A stretch of DNA of 64,000 nucleotides, taken from contig NC_057760.1 in the NCBI RefSeq assembly GCF_004010195.1, positions 941,909 through 1,005,908 on the forward strand. The letters are read 5' to 3'. Each line of letters opens with the position of its first letter. Within the stretch, counting starts at the first letter, position 1. The stretch comes from Chiloscyllium plagiosum (Eukaryota). Shown here piece by piece: positions 38,137 through 50,814 of this stretch. The notes below the pieces were generated by a model that saw only the letters and a program-made list of their open reading frames with translations, was not told the origin of the DNA and ran no database searches. Position numbers and translations under genes: made by a program.

Positions 38137-40904
38137 ATCAATGTTCACCACCAATGGATTATTTTCATTTATCTTTGATTAGTGTGATTTAGATTGTGGA
38201 AACATCTTTTTAAGCTTAAGGGATACACCCAGAGCTTAAAGAGCCGGAGACGTTTAGTATCACCTTGTTTTTAAACTTAGAGTCAGACAGTTCTGTGAAG
38301 TCCTTGGAATAGGATTTCTGTGCAGACCAGTGATCCAGAGAAGGAAGGATACATAATGTGACACAGCTATAAATTGAGGGGTGATAGACATTGGAAAGAT
38401 GTCAGAAGTAGTTTCTTCACTTAGTGGTGGAATGTCCTGCCTGCAAAAGTAGCAGACCCGCCAACGATAAGGACATTTGAATGGTCATTGGCTAAACATA
38501 ATGGACCAAAATGGAATAGTGTAGGTTAGATGGGTTCCACAGGTCGGCGCAACATTGAGGGCCAAAGGGCCTGTACAGCGCTGTTGCATTTTATGTTCTA
38601 TAGTGAACTAGGTTACCGTAGAGTGAAGAGAAATTACTAGTCCCAGCCCAGGAAGTTGGGATAAAACCCTGAAGCGGTTACTTAGAGCTGAATCAGGTTA
38701 TGCAGGTGGAGGATAGCTCCAGGAAGAAGCTACCTGCAGTTCCAGCCTACAAGTTGGAAGTCACTTACTGAGGTGTTAAATACAGGGGACTCTGCTGTGA
38801 ATACTGTAGGAGTGGTGTTTTGGGAACTATACCAGGGCTGTATTTTGGGTACAAGACAAAACTTGTTTCTTTTCAATTTATCAAGGAGCGTTTTGGGGTT
38901 AATGGGAGTTTACTTTAACTGCGTGCATTAAAAACCTCTGAATTTCCATTATAAAAGTAGATGGTTTGGTTTAGAGGGGCAATGGCACAGTGTTTTTGCC
39001 AATAGACTATTAATGATAGAATTTGAATCCGAGAAAAACCTTGAATTCAGAGTCTATTAATGACCACGAAAACATTGTTGTAGAAACCCATCTGGTTCAG
39101 TAATGTCCTTCAAAGAAGGAAATCTGTCATCCTTACCCGGTCTGGCCTACATGTAACCTCAGACTCTCAGCAATGTGGGTGACTCTTAACTGCCCTCAGG
39201 AGCAATTAGGGATAAGCAATAAGTGCTGGCCTAGCCAGTGGCACTCATTCAGTGAAGGAATAAAATAAAATTTTATTTTGTTCTCGTTTCTCTTGTTACA
39301 GCACCATCTCCAGCATTGTTCCAGCAATATGGGCCAAATGCAGGCAAATGGGACGAGCTTAGTGTGGGAACCTGGGCAGCATGAACAAGTTGGACTGATG
39401 GGTCTCACTCCATACTGCATGACTCAATGAGAGTCCATCCTGTTTCGAAACAAAGGAAGAGAGAGGGGCAGAATAAGAAAGTAGAAAAGACATTAAAAGT
39501 GGAAAAGGCTGGGGGCCAGCCAGTACCTGTCCCTTCAAAAGTTGTTGAAAAGACCACTGTACACCTTGGAGCTGGAAGGTAGTTATCCAGGAGATTTAGC
39601 AGTCTAAATCTCTGTTCGAGCTACCAACAGGTCTGAGCAGCAGGCCATGGCGGGTCGATGAATCCAATTTGCCTGCATCTCTTTCATGGCTGTGTTTGTG
39701 CCTGGATACCCTTTAGAGAGGGAGCGTCCATGGTCCATCAGTACTCTTGAGAGAGAAAGGTGGGCACCGCTGAGATTGAAGTGCATTATCTCCCTCTCCA
39801 ACAGCATTCTGTTTTGGCTCCTCCCTTGTTTTCCCCTCCTTTTTTTGGCATCTGTCATTGTTTTACTGCCACTGGTGGGCACTGCATGTGAACTGTTATT
39901 TTAAACTTATTTACTTTTCAACTCGTTCAGATATTCAGTGACGAGTAATACAGTCCTACGGCACGGAAACAGGTCCTTTGGTCCAATGAGTCCATGCCAA
40001 CCATAACTAAACAACTCCTGGCTCATATCCCTCCAAACCTTTCCTATTCATGTCCTTATCCAAATGTCTTTTAAACATTGTAACTGTATCCACATCCACC
40101 ACTTCCTCTGGAAGTTCATTCCACACGTGAACTACTCCGTGTCAGAAAAATTACCCCTCGTCTTTCTCCTTTGGAGCAGATGGGATTTGAACCTGGGCCT
40201 TCCAGCTCAGAGGTAAGGATACTACCGCTCTGCCAGAAGCAGCCCAAAATTTATTAACTGGGTGATCAGGTGGCAGGTTTTAGAAAAAACAAAGTCAAAC
40301 ATGTAGATTACAGCTGAGGCACAGCTTAAACCATAGTTATTCTCTCCTGCCTGCGCGTCGTCCACGACAATACCTTTTCGATGGCTCAGTTTTGCAGTCT
40401 GCAGTGTTACTTATTAAACCATACGGTCTTTAAAAACGCTGACATGTGGAGAGAAGACAGAGCAACCATTGGCTGCACGCCATGCACTCCCCCCACCCTC
40501 TTCTCCTGAAGACAGACTCTTGCTAAAGTATGATTTCATGGCCAGCGCGAGCTCTTCAGGCAAGTGCTCATCACCTTTGAATGTGAACAGGGCAGTAGGC
40601 CAAGGCTCGGACACAGAATGCACTTTCCAGCAAAGTAAACAAACCATCCCTGTCGTCAAATCTAATTTGGTACAGGCTGAAGGGTTTCACGCTGGGATTT
40701 TCACCAGACATGTTTCCCACCCACGTAGTGGGCCATTAGTGAACCCAACAGGGCGGGTTACGTTACAGGGCGAGTTACGCTACAGGGCGACTGTCAATGC
40801 AATTAATTTTTACCACATGGTGCAATGACATGGAGGGGTGAGGGCTACACTGCAAGGAGAGGGGAGGGGCAAAAGGAAAGGGTTGTTGTAACAAGCGACC
40901 TTAC

Positions 40905-41038
40905 TCTTGGATGTTACCCTGGAGCTCCTTCCTATTCTTCTGATACAGCGAGTGCAGCTGGTCCCTCTCCTCCTTGGTCTCCTCCAGCTGTATTTGGAGA
41001 TCCTGCACATCAATTCTCCTCTGGCCATCCTTATGATT
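40905..41038 (-). CDS. CGN: Cingulin coding exon 5 (134 nt, phase 0 to 2)
   Basis: cag|NHKDGQRRIDVQDLQIQLEETKEERDQLHSLYQKNRKELQGNIQ ga|gtaagg. Confidence 0.9.
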
Positions 41039-41767
41039 CTGTGGGGGATTGGGAGGGGGAGGTTGCAGGAAAGGAGGAGGAAAGATTAGCGTGACAGAGT
41101 TTAGGATCATGAATGAAAGACAAAACCAAGCGGCAGCACTAAATATTTATAGCCAATGCAATATTTAAAAGGCCATTTTGTGTTGGCTGGACTCCAGGAT
41201 GGTTCAGAATAGAAACCCGTGAATTTCCACCTTAAGCATTCAATCCTTCGCCAACGGTGCGTACCATTTACAAGATGCACTGCAGCAACTCACCAAGGCT
41301 CCTTCCACAGCAGCTTCCAATCCCTCAAAGTTGAAAGGCAGCAAACATGTGGGAACACTACCCCAGGTCTACCCTCAGACCCCACACTATCCTGACTTGG
41401 AACTATAATCGGCTGTTCCTTCAGCCTGAAAATCTTAGAAACCCCAATTGCACTGTGAGGGTCCCTAGACCACACAGACTACAACAGTTCAAGATGGCAG
41501 CTCACCTACTCAAGGGGATATTACTGATGGGCAACGAGTGCTACCTAACCAATGGTACTCATCGTCAGTGAAAGAGGAGAAGATCCACTGCTCTTGTTCG
41601 AAATAAAGAGCCTTTGTGAGAGAAATAGCAGGTATCATGGAATCCCTGCAGCGTTGAAGCAGGTCATTCAGCCCATCAAGCCCACACCAACCCTCCATTA
41701 CAGCATCCCACCCAGACCCACAGCCCTATCCTATACCTATAACCCTACATTTCCCATCCTAACTCAC

Positions 41768-41979
41768 GAGGAGAAAGTGAGGTCTGCAGATGCTGGAGAT
41801 CAAAGTTGAAACTTTATTGCTGGAACAGCACAGCAGGTCAGGCAGCATCCAGGGAACAGGAGATTCGACGTTTCGGGCACAGGCCCTTCTTCAGGAAGGG
41901 CCTGTGCCCGAAACGTCGAATCTCCTGTTCCCTGGATGCTGCCTGACCTGCTGTGCTGTTCCAGCAATAAAGTTTCAAC
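41768..41979. mobile_element. Palindromic Penelope-pLTR-derived element (family A) with a hammerhead motif
   Basis: 85-bp perfect inverted arms at 41805-41889 and 41895-41979; TSD ccatcctaactcac at 41754-41767 and 41979-41992 (overlaps the arm by 1 nt); nested in a SINE. Confidence 0.85.
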
Positions 41980-42935
41980 CATCCTAACTCACCCCTACCT
42001 ACACATCCCTGCACACCTTGGGCAGTTCAGCATGCCCAATCCACCCTAACCTGCATGTCTTTGGACTGTGGGAAAAAACTGGAGCACCTAGTGTAAACCC
42101 ATGCAGATACAGGGAGAAGGTGCAAACTTCACACTGACAGTCGCCTGAGCTCCCTGGCACTGTGAGGCAGCAGTGCCAAACATTGAGCCACTGTGCCACC
42201 CCCAACTAAAATAACTTTAATAAAGCACTCCATGTTCCACAGATCCTATTAGAAAGGGGGTGGAAACTAGCCTCACTAGTCATGGGTCTTGTGCACTGCT
42301 TCATGGCTGCACAAGCAGTTCAGAGAAGGCTCACTGGGCTGTATCCTGCAATGAAGACCCTTTCCTTATGGAGAAAGGTTGAGCAGGTTGGGCCTGTGCC
42401 TATTGGAACTTGAAAGAATGTGAGGTGATCTTATGAGGGGCATGGATAGGATAAATAGACAAAGTCTTTTCCCTGGGGTGGAGGAGTCCAAAACTAGAGG
42501 GGCAAAGGTTTAAGGTGAGAGGAGAAAGATATAAAAGAGACCTAAGGGGCAGGTTTTTCACTCAGAGTGTGGTACGTGTATGGAATGAGCTTCCAGAGGG
42601 AGTGGTGGAGTACATTGTACAATTGCAACATTTAAAAGGCATTTGAATGGGTATATGAATAGGAAGGGTTTGGAGGGATAGCAGATGGGACTAGATTGGG
42701 TTCGGGTATCTGGTCGGCATGGACGGGTTGGACCGAAGGATCTGTTTCCACGTTGTACATCTCTATGACTCTAAACAGATACCTGATCCTGGGACTATCT
42801 CAACAAGAGTGAACGGTGAAAGGATACTTCTCATCTGGGGAAAGATGTGGAACAAGATGACACAATTCCAGCTTGAAGGCCTCCCATTTACGATAGAGAT
42901 GAGGAGGAATTTCTTCTCTCACAGAGGGTTGACAG

Positions 42936-43162
42936 TGCAGTGGTTGTAACAAGGTTGGACCTCAGAATATGAGATTCCCTGAATGGACCAGATTAACAGC
43001 CCCAATCAGGGAGCCCTGGCTGACAGATATAAACAGGAGTGTCAAGACATCCTGTTCACTCAGAGCTGGCACTGAGGGAGTTGGATCTGAGTCAAGGACT
43101 CCACCAATGTAAATAAAGGGTGACCTGGGTGACAGGATAGCGGCCTCCGTGGAGTTACTTCA
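42936..43162 (+). mobile_element. Short solo LTR (227 bp)
   Basis: TG...CA termini, 5-bp TSD gacag at 42931-42935 and 43163-43167, TATA-like gatataaa then AATAAA; interrupts an old CR1 tail. Confidence 0.75.
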
Positions 43163-43899
43163 GACAGACATTCTGTGGAATTGCCTCCCACAGAGAACAG
43201 CAGAGGCTGAGTCACTGAATACGTTAAGGCTGAATGAGACAAACTTCGGATTAACAGAGTCTGGGTTTATGGAGGGCAGGTAGCAGAACTGGAGTGGTGG
43301 TCCAAATCAGATCAGCGGCGTTCTTACCAAATACTTATCAAATGGTTGCCCAGGTGGGCACAGGGGATGCTCAGTTTGCTCTCTCTCTCTACATGCCCCT
43401 ACTCCCACCGTTACAAAAGGGGTAGTTGCCCACTTTGCACTGGCCTTCACCTGGCGTCAGTGTGGCTGCAGTTCTCTCAGGTCTGACCTCAGGTGGCCAG
43501 AGAGAGTCAAGTCAGTGAGACAGACTGACCCTCCCAGTGGATTCTCCACGTTCCCAGGCATCACCTTTTCAGTGAGACATTGACTGCTCTATCAGGGAGG
43601 CCATGGCTTTACTTCAGAGAACAAGAGAATTCTTTTTGCTGCCCCCAACCAACATTTATCCCTCAGCAGTGAAACAGAAAACAGGAGCAGGAGTGGGTCA
43701 TCCAGCCCTTTGAGCGTGCTCCGCCATTCAATACGATCATGGCTGATCATGCAACTCAGTCCCCTGCTCCTGCTTTCTCCCCCATACCCTCTGATGCCTT
43801 TGGCCCTTCACTCCCTCTTGAAAATATTCACTGTTTTGGCCTCAGGACAGGGCGGCTAGCAACCACGTCGCAGAACCTCCTGTGGATGCAGATACCTAC

Positions 43900-44001
43900 C
43901 ATTAGTTCTTCATCCAGTTTACGCTGGAGCTCTGCAATTTTCTTCTCCAAGTCACTGTTCCGAGTAGAGAGGGTCTGGAGATCAGGTGATAATTCAGCAT
44001 A
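43900..44001 (-). CDS. CGN: Cingulin coding exon 4 (102 nt), start of the coiled-coil rod
   Basis: cag|YAELSPDLQTLSTRNSDLEKKIAELQRKLDEELM|gtaggt; ELQRKLDEE motif. Confidence 0.92.
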
Positions 44002-45400
44002 CTGTGAGAATTAAAGTGAAAGCTCAGAGATAACATTTGAATTGAGAAACGGGAGGTTGAGAGGTGACCTTATAGAGGTTTGGAGAACCATGTAGAGTAT
44101 AGATAAGATTAATGGTAGGTGTTTTTTTCTCACCAGGGTGGGGCATTTCAAGGCTAAGGGGATTTTTTTTTTTTTAAAAAGTGAGGAGAGAGATTTTTAA
44201 AAACAAAATGAGTGGCAAATTCTTTACACAGAGGATGGTTTGCGTGTGGAATGAACTTCCTAAGGAAGTGGTGGATGTGGGTAAAGTTACAACATTTAAA
44301 AGACATTTGGATAAGTACATGAAGTAGAAAGGTTTGGAGGGCTATAAGCCAGGAGCAGGCAGGTGTAGTTTGGGATCACGGTTGGCATGGACTGATTGGA
44401 TCGAAGGGTCTGTTTTCATGCTGTACGATTCTATGACTCGATGACACTGCAAAGAGGAGATTAAATTTTTTAAAATATCTTTGCGATTCGAAGGACGAGG
44501 GGTTTTCAGAATGAATGTAACGTCGCCAAGTGCAGAAAATACTTTCCTGAAAGAAGGATCAGCTACACGTACCTTTGGCAATGATTACAGAGACAAAGCA
44601 GGCATCAGGACAACGGTCTGGAATTCTGCTCTTCGTACTGTGGAACCCTTAAGACCACTGGGATCAAGCTCACTGGTGCTCAGGTTTAACAACGGACAAT
44701 ACCTCAGTTGTGGGGTGACCTTATCAGAGTTTCATAAAATGATAAGGGGCATAGAGAGGGTGAACAGCCAAGGTCAGGGCTGGTAGGAGTGAGCAGGACA
44801 GCTTTAAACTAAAAACGATCAGAGTTTAAATGGAGACAACATGCAGCCCTGCAATGAAGCTGAAGGGAAGATGGATAACAAACTCCACAGTTTTAACCTT
44901 CTCATTAGGAATTGGTGTTACAATCCTGACGGTGCACAAAGACGAAGGGGCGGAGTAAGGGTCGATAAGGGCAACAAGGCATAGTTTTAAGCTGGTTGGA
45001 GGAAAGTATAGAGGGGATGTCAGAGGCGGGTTCTTTACACTGAGTTGAGAGAGCATGGAATGCGTTGCCAGCAGCAGTTGTGGAAGCAAGGTCATTGGGA
45101 CATTTAAGAGACTACTGGACATGCATATGGTCACAGACATTTGAGGGTGCATACATGAGGATCAGTGGTCAGCACAATATCGTGGGCCGAAGGGCCTGTT
45201 CTGTGCTGTACTGTTCTATGTTCTATGTTCTAAGGCCTGCTAGTAGCAACAGTTGAAAATTAATGGGAACATAGGTTTCAATCTGATACACTCTCTTGCC
45301 ATTTCTCAACAAACATTCATATGGACCATGAAGAGGTCAAACACTCAGAGATCAACTACATTCCAGGATTTAGCAAGATCAAACCGAGAGTGTCCCATAC

Positions 45401-45470
45401 CTTCATGCCTTGGAATTTGTCAAACACCAGGCTTGTTTTCTTCCTCAAGAAACTGTCACTTTCGACACTC
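45401..45470 (-). CDS. CGN: Cingulin coding exon 3 (70 nt, phase 2 to 0)
   Basis: cag|g SVESDSFLRKKTSLVFDKFQGMK|gtatgg; restores the frame between the neighbouring exons. Confidence 0.9.
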
Positions 45471-47582
45471 CTGTGGGAAAGCATCAGTATTACAATAAGC
45501 AGTTTGGCCAATTATCCTACAAGCCTTACTGTACCTTCAGCTCATCCACAAGGCCAGGTCAGCATTGAATGCCCATTGCTCACCGCCCCTTGGAAACACA
45601 GTGGTCGAGCAACCTTCCAGAATATAACTATGTGGCTCGCCAGGCTTTTTCAGGGGATAGCAATATCATCGCTGGATTACTAATCCAGAAACTCAGCTCA
45701 TGTTCTGGAGGCCAGGGTTCAAAACCCACCACGGTAAATGGTGGAATCGGAAATGAATGAAAAAAAAAAGGTCCGCAACTAAGAGATAAATGATGACCAT
45801 GAAATCAGTGTTGCTTGTCAGGAAAAACCCAAATGGTTCTCTAATAGCCTTACGGAAGGAAACTGCCCTTGCAACTCGAGACCCACAGCAATGTGGATGA
45901 GTTTTAACTGCTCTCTGGGCAATTAGGGATGGGCAATAAATGCTCACCTAGCCAGTGATGCCCACATCCCATGAATGAAAAAGTTAACAGTCAACCACGT
46001 CACAGAGTCTTGGAGTCATATGTGGACCAGGCTGGGTAAGGACAACAGATTTCCTCAAAATAGGATATTTTCAAAGAAATCTCCTTTCTGAGGATACGGG
46101 CATTGCCGGGAGGTGTAACATCTGTCGCTCATCCCTAACTGCCCTTGAATGGATTAACTTGCTATACCCTTTTCAGAGGGCTGCCAGCTCCCTTTGCCCA
46201 TGTTTGGGCCCTGTCTAAAAGGACATTAGTGAACCAGATGAGTTTTGAACAACAATCCAGTAGTTTCACGCAGTCGCCAGCTTATCCATTCGAGATTTAG
46301 AAAATTAACCAAAATCAACAAAGTGGAGAAAGTGAGGACTGCAGATGCTGGAGATCAGAATAGAGAGTGTGACGTTGGAAAAGCACAGCAGGTCAGGCAG
46401 CATCTGAGGAGAGTCGATGTTTCGGGTAATGGCCCTTCATGATGAAACACCTATTCTCCTGCTCCTTGGATGCTGCCTGACCTCCTGCTGTGCATTTCAA
46501 CAAGATCTCTAGCTGCTACTGAACTGAACTGGCCTGATTTCTGGCCCCAGCACATAACCAGTGCTTTACAATACTCACCAAAGCTAAGGATCTTCATCCA
46601 GATAAAGTTTCAACAAAGACAGAGGAGAAAGGAGGCCTTGAGAGGCAGCGGGTAGAAACCCTGCGCCAGTGAACTGAACGAATGGGTTCAAGTCCCACTC
46701 TAGAACTTGAGGCCAAGGAAGATGCATTCACAACACGGCCAAGCAAGTTGACTATCAAAATCTAAGAGGACAGCAAGGGACAGATGATGCAACTCTAAAT
46801 TCCTAAGTGCCAATGCTCTGCTAAAGTCTCAGCCACACAGTCATGTACCTCACTGGCACAGGAGTTAGAGAAGTTTGGGGAGGGGGGGGTGGAGGTTGAG
46901 AAGAAATATAACTCAGATTTAAAGCACCTTTCTGCACTGATACCTAGTGTCTGCTCTGCACAGCGATCCAAGTGCATGGACATCAGGCAAGAATGGAGAC
47001 CAAAGGGGAAAAGTATAGAGCTGGAAAAGCACAGCAGATCAGGCAGCATCCGAGGAGCAGGAGAGTCAATGTCATCAGGAATCCTGTTGAAGGGTTTATG
47101 CCCAAAATGTTGACTGTCCAGCTCCTCGGATGACCACACCTTTCGACTCTTGACTCTCCAGCATCTGTAGTTCCTCACTTTCCCCAAGCTGGGAATGCTG
47201 CCCTTCGTGCCCAGAGTAAAAGTGACGCAGCCGGTCACCTGTCGGCCAGGGAGAGCAAATGATGGAAACTGAGTCAGACGGTTCCTAGAGAGTGACTGAT
47301 TGCCTAATGCTGAGGAGAGGCCTGCACCTCACAACCTTCCAGTCTGGGCTCAGGCAAGCACTAGAGAGAGGGTGGGATGGCCAGGAACCGCAGGGATTAG
47401 TCAGGGAGTCAGAGAACCTTGGGAGAGGTAGAAGGGGAAAACGTATAATAGCGCGGTTCTGATCATGAAAGTAAAACACTGCGGATGCTGGAAATCTGAA
47501 ATAAGACCAGGAAGTGCTGGAGAAACCCCTTGCTCCAGTATATTGCCTGCCCTTGAGTTAGTCATCAACAACTGGTATGAGA

Positions 47583-48520
47583 ACACAGAATATAGAACAT
47601 AGAACAATACAGCACAGAACAGGCCCTTCGGCCCACGATGTTGTGCTGAACATTTGTCCTAGCTTAAGCACCCATCCATGTACCTATCCAATTGCCGCTT
47701 AAAGGTCACCAAAGATTCTGACTCTGCCACTCCCACAGGCAGCGCATTCCATGCCCCCACCACTCTCTGGGTAAAGAACCCACCCCGACATCTCCCCTAT
47801 ACCTTCCACCCTTCACCTCAAATTTATGTCCCCTTGTAACACTCTATTGTACCCGGGGAAAAAGTTTCTGACTGTCTACTCTATCTATGCCTCTGATCAT
47901 CTTATAAACCTCTATCAAGTCACCCCTCATCCTTCGCCATTCCAATGAGAAAAGGCCTAGCACTCTCAACCTATCCTCGTACGACCTATTCTCCATTCCA
48001 GGCAACATCCTGGTAAATCTTCTCTGCACCCTCTCCAAAGCTTCCACATCTTTCCTAAAGTGAGGCGACCAGAACTGCACACAGTACTCTAAATGTGGCC
48101 TAACCAAAGTCCTGTACAGCTGTAACATCACTTCACGACTCTTGAATTCAGTCCCTCTGCTAATGAACGCTAATACACCATAGGCCTTCTTACAAGCTCT
48201 CTCCACCTGAGTGGCAACTTTCAAAGACCTATGAACATAGACCCCAAGATCCCTTTGTTCCTCCACATCACTAAGAACCCTACCGTTAACCCTGTATTCC
48301 GCATTCTTATTTGTCTTTCCAAAATGGACAACCTCACACTTGGCAGGGTTGAACTCCATCTGCCACTCCTCGGCCCAGCTCTGCATCATATCGAAGTCCC
48401 TTTGCAGCCGACAACAGCCCTCCTCACTATCCACAACTCCACCAATCTTCCGATCATCTGCAAATTTACTGACCCATCCTTCAACTCCCTCATCCAAGTC
48501 ATTTATAAAAATTACAAACA
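47583..48520 (-). mobile_element. CR1 LINE 3' fragment, relatively young (long intact ORF)
   Basis: ORF 47844-48569: SKFADDRKIGG...LVRPHLEYCVQFWSP; (AGAACAT)n tail near 47583-47606. Confidence 0.93.
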
Positions 48521-48770
48521 GCAGCACTGCTCCCCTCAAAATCAGTCTCTCCGAGAACTTGGGTTGCACCCCATTCTCTCAGGGTCTAACCTGGAGGGTT
48601 ATCAAACACACTTATAAAAGAGTGGTGCCTAGCGTGCCAGCGTCTACCTTGCAGAGGCTGAGTGCCAACTCCCAAGACACTGGATTTAAAACCCTTAACT
48701 CCATTTCTTTCTCTGCTGAGTTCCTCCAGATTTGTCCATTACTATTGCAGTTTTGCTGTAGCACACTTAC

Positions 48771-48868
48771 CCCTCCTTCAGTATTTTGAAGAGAAGCTGC
48801 TTAGTTGGCTCTTCGCTGGCAGGAGAAAGTCCTTGCTGGTCCCTCAGAAGGTCAGGTGTGGATTTTAA
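48771..48868 (-). CDS. CGN: Cingulin coding exon 2 (98 nt, phase 0 to 2)
   Basis: cag|LKSTPDLLRDQQGLSPASEEPTKQLLFKILKEG|gtaagt; matches the cingulin TPDLLRDQQ motif. Confidence 0.93.
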
Positions 48869-49740
48869 CTGCCAAGTCAATGCGACATTGATAAGTGCTC
48901 AAGGTGACACAAGCATGCACAGGTTCACTCAGGCAGGACGCAAACTACAAAGAGTCTGAACCAGCGAACAGCTCATTCGATAACACAATATTCATAGAAC
49001 CATAGAATCCCCACACTTCCATCCCAAGTGCAAGAATTGGGAACAGGCAATGAACGGAGTTAATTTGGATAAATGTAAAGCATTGCATTTTGATAAAACA
49101 AAACAAACACCTGCATAAAGGAACAAGAGCTGTTAACCAGGAGCAATTTTTATCTCATTAATCGCTTTAGTATTTGTTCATGGTATCAGCATTCGGAGTC
49201 ATACAGTACGGAACCAGACCCTTCGGCCCAACCAGTCCGTGCCGACCGCGTTCCCAAACTAAACTAGTCCCGCCTGCCTGCACCTGGCCCATATCCCGCC
49301 AAACCTTTCCTGTTCATGAACTTATCCAAATATCTTTTAAGCGTGGTAACTGCACCCACTCAGGAAGTTCATTCTACATGCAAACCACAGTGTAAAAGAA
49401 AGTTGCCCTGCAATTCTTTTTTTTTTAAAAATCTTTCTTCTGCTCATCTTAAAAATATGTGCCCTAGTCTGGACATTCCCCACTCTAGGGAACAGTCACC
49501 TGCCATTCACCTTATCTATATGCCTCATGATTTTATAAACCTCTTGTAAGGTAACCTCTCAACCTTCTACACTCCACTGAAAGAAGTCCCAGCCTATCCT
49601 ACCCTTTGTTGCAAACACCCAACTGTTTCGAGCGTTAATGGTCACCATTACTGGCACTAGTTTTATAATCAAGACCTTTCTTTGTTTAATTTCCACCAGT
49701 CGCCACGATGGGATTTGAAGCTGCGTCCCCAGAACATTAA

Positions 49741-50024
49741 GGAGGAGACAGTGAGGGCTGCAGATGCTGGAGATCAGAGTTGACAGTGTGTTGCTGGAAA
49801 AGCAGAGCAGGTCAGGCAACATCCGAGGAGCAGGAAAATCAACGTTTCGGGCAGGAGCCCTTCATCAGGAATGAGGCTGGGAGCCTCGGGGAGGTGGAGA
49901 GATAAATGGGAGGGGGGTGGGACTGGGTGGAAGGTAGCTGGGAGTGCAATACATTTTTGGAATGGTGGGGGTAAAGGGGATAGGTTGGAGTGGAAAATAG
50001 AGCGGATAGGTGGGAAGGAAAGTT
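49741..50024 (-). mobile_element. pLTR-derived element (family A), non-inverted
   Basis: 16-bp TSD gtccccagaacattaa at 49725-49740 and 50025-50040; minus strand reads CTGATGA-A-GGGC-TCCT-GCCC-GAAACGTT. Confidence 0.82.
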
Positions 50025-50814
50025 GTCCCCAGAACATTAATCTGTGTTTCCAGATTGAGCAAGTTCAGTGACATTATTATGCCAGTCAACTAGTTGATAT
50101 GGGTCCCACCAAACATTTGAAACAATGCAAGTATTTGCACACATTATCTGTTTGGAAGGCTCCCGAGGTTCCAGCTGCGTTCAGGTGCAGTTTATGAACT
50201 AACTGGCATCAAAGAATCAGCTTCAGTGAACAAATGAGTGGGTTAGATTGAGATCAGTAATCAAAAGGCTGGCTAAATACGGAGCAGCATGGTGGCTCTG
50301 CTGCACCAGATGCCACTGGCGACTGTCTGTGTGGAGTTTGCACGTTCTCCCGCTGTCTCTGCGTGGGGTTTCCTTTGGGTGCTCTGGTTCTCTCCCACTG
50401 GTTGGGTGGATTGGCCATGCTAAATTGTCTCATTGTTTCCATGGGAAAGGGAGATAGGCTACTGGTTGGGATGCTTCTGGAAGGGTTGGTGATTACCCAA
50501 TGGGCTGAATGGCCCGCTTCCACACTGCAGAGATTCTGTGATGTGAGAGTGGTAGAGAAGAATATAAGGCAAGAGAGGGAGAGAAAAAGGAGTTTAAAAA
50601 AAGATTGAAGAGGAGGACAGATTACAAAATATATAAAGAGAAAAGATAGCCAAATAGAGCATTTGAAAACAGAAGATCCAGAGTTATTTTCTCTGGCACT
50701 AACTGAAAGAGAAATTAAGAGTAAAAACAAAAAAGGGGAGAAGAAAATACAATCGGACAGGTGGATGACATGGAGAGGTGGACTGCTAGAGGCTATAAGA
50801 AAGCCAGAGAATAA

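Noticed and set aside
47844..48569. 241-aa reverse-transcriptase-like ORF as a host gene
   Set aside because: It is a 5'-truncated CR1 ORF2 fragment with many relatives in this window.
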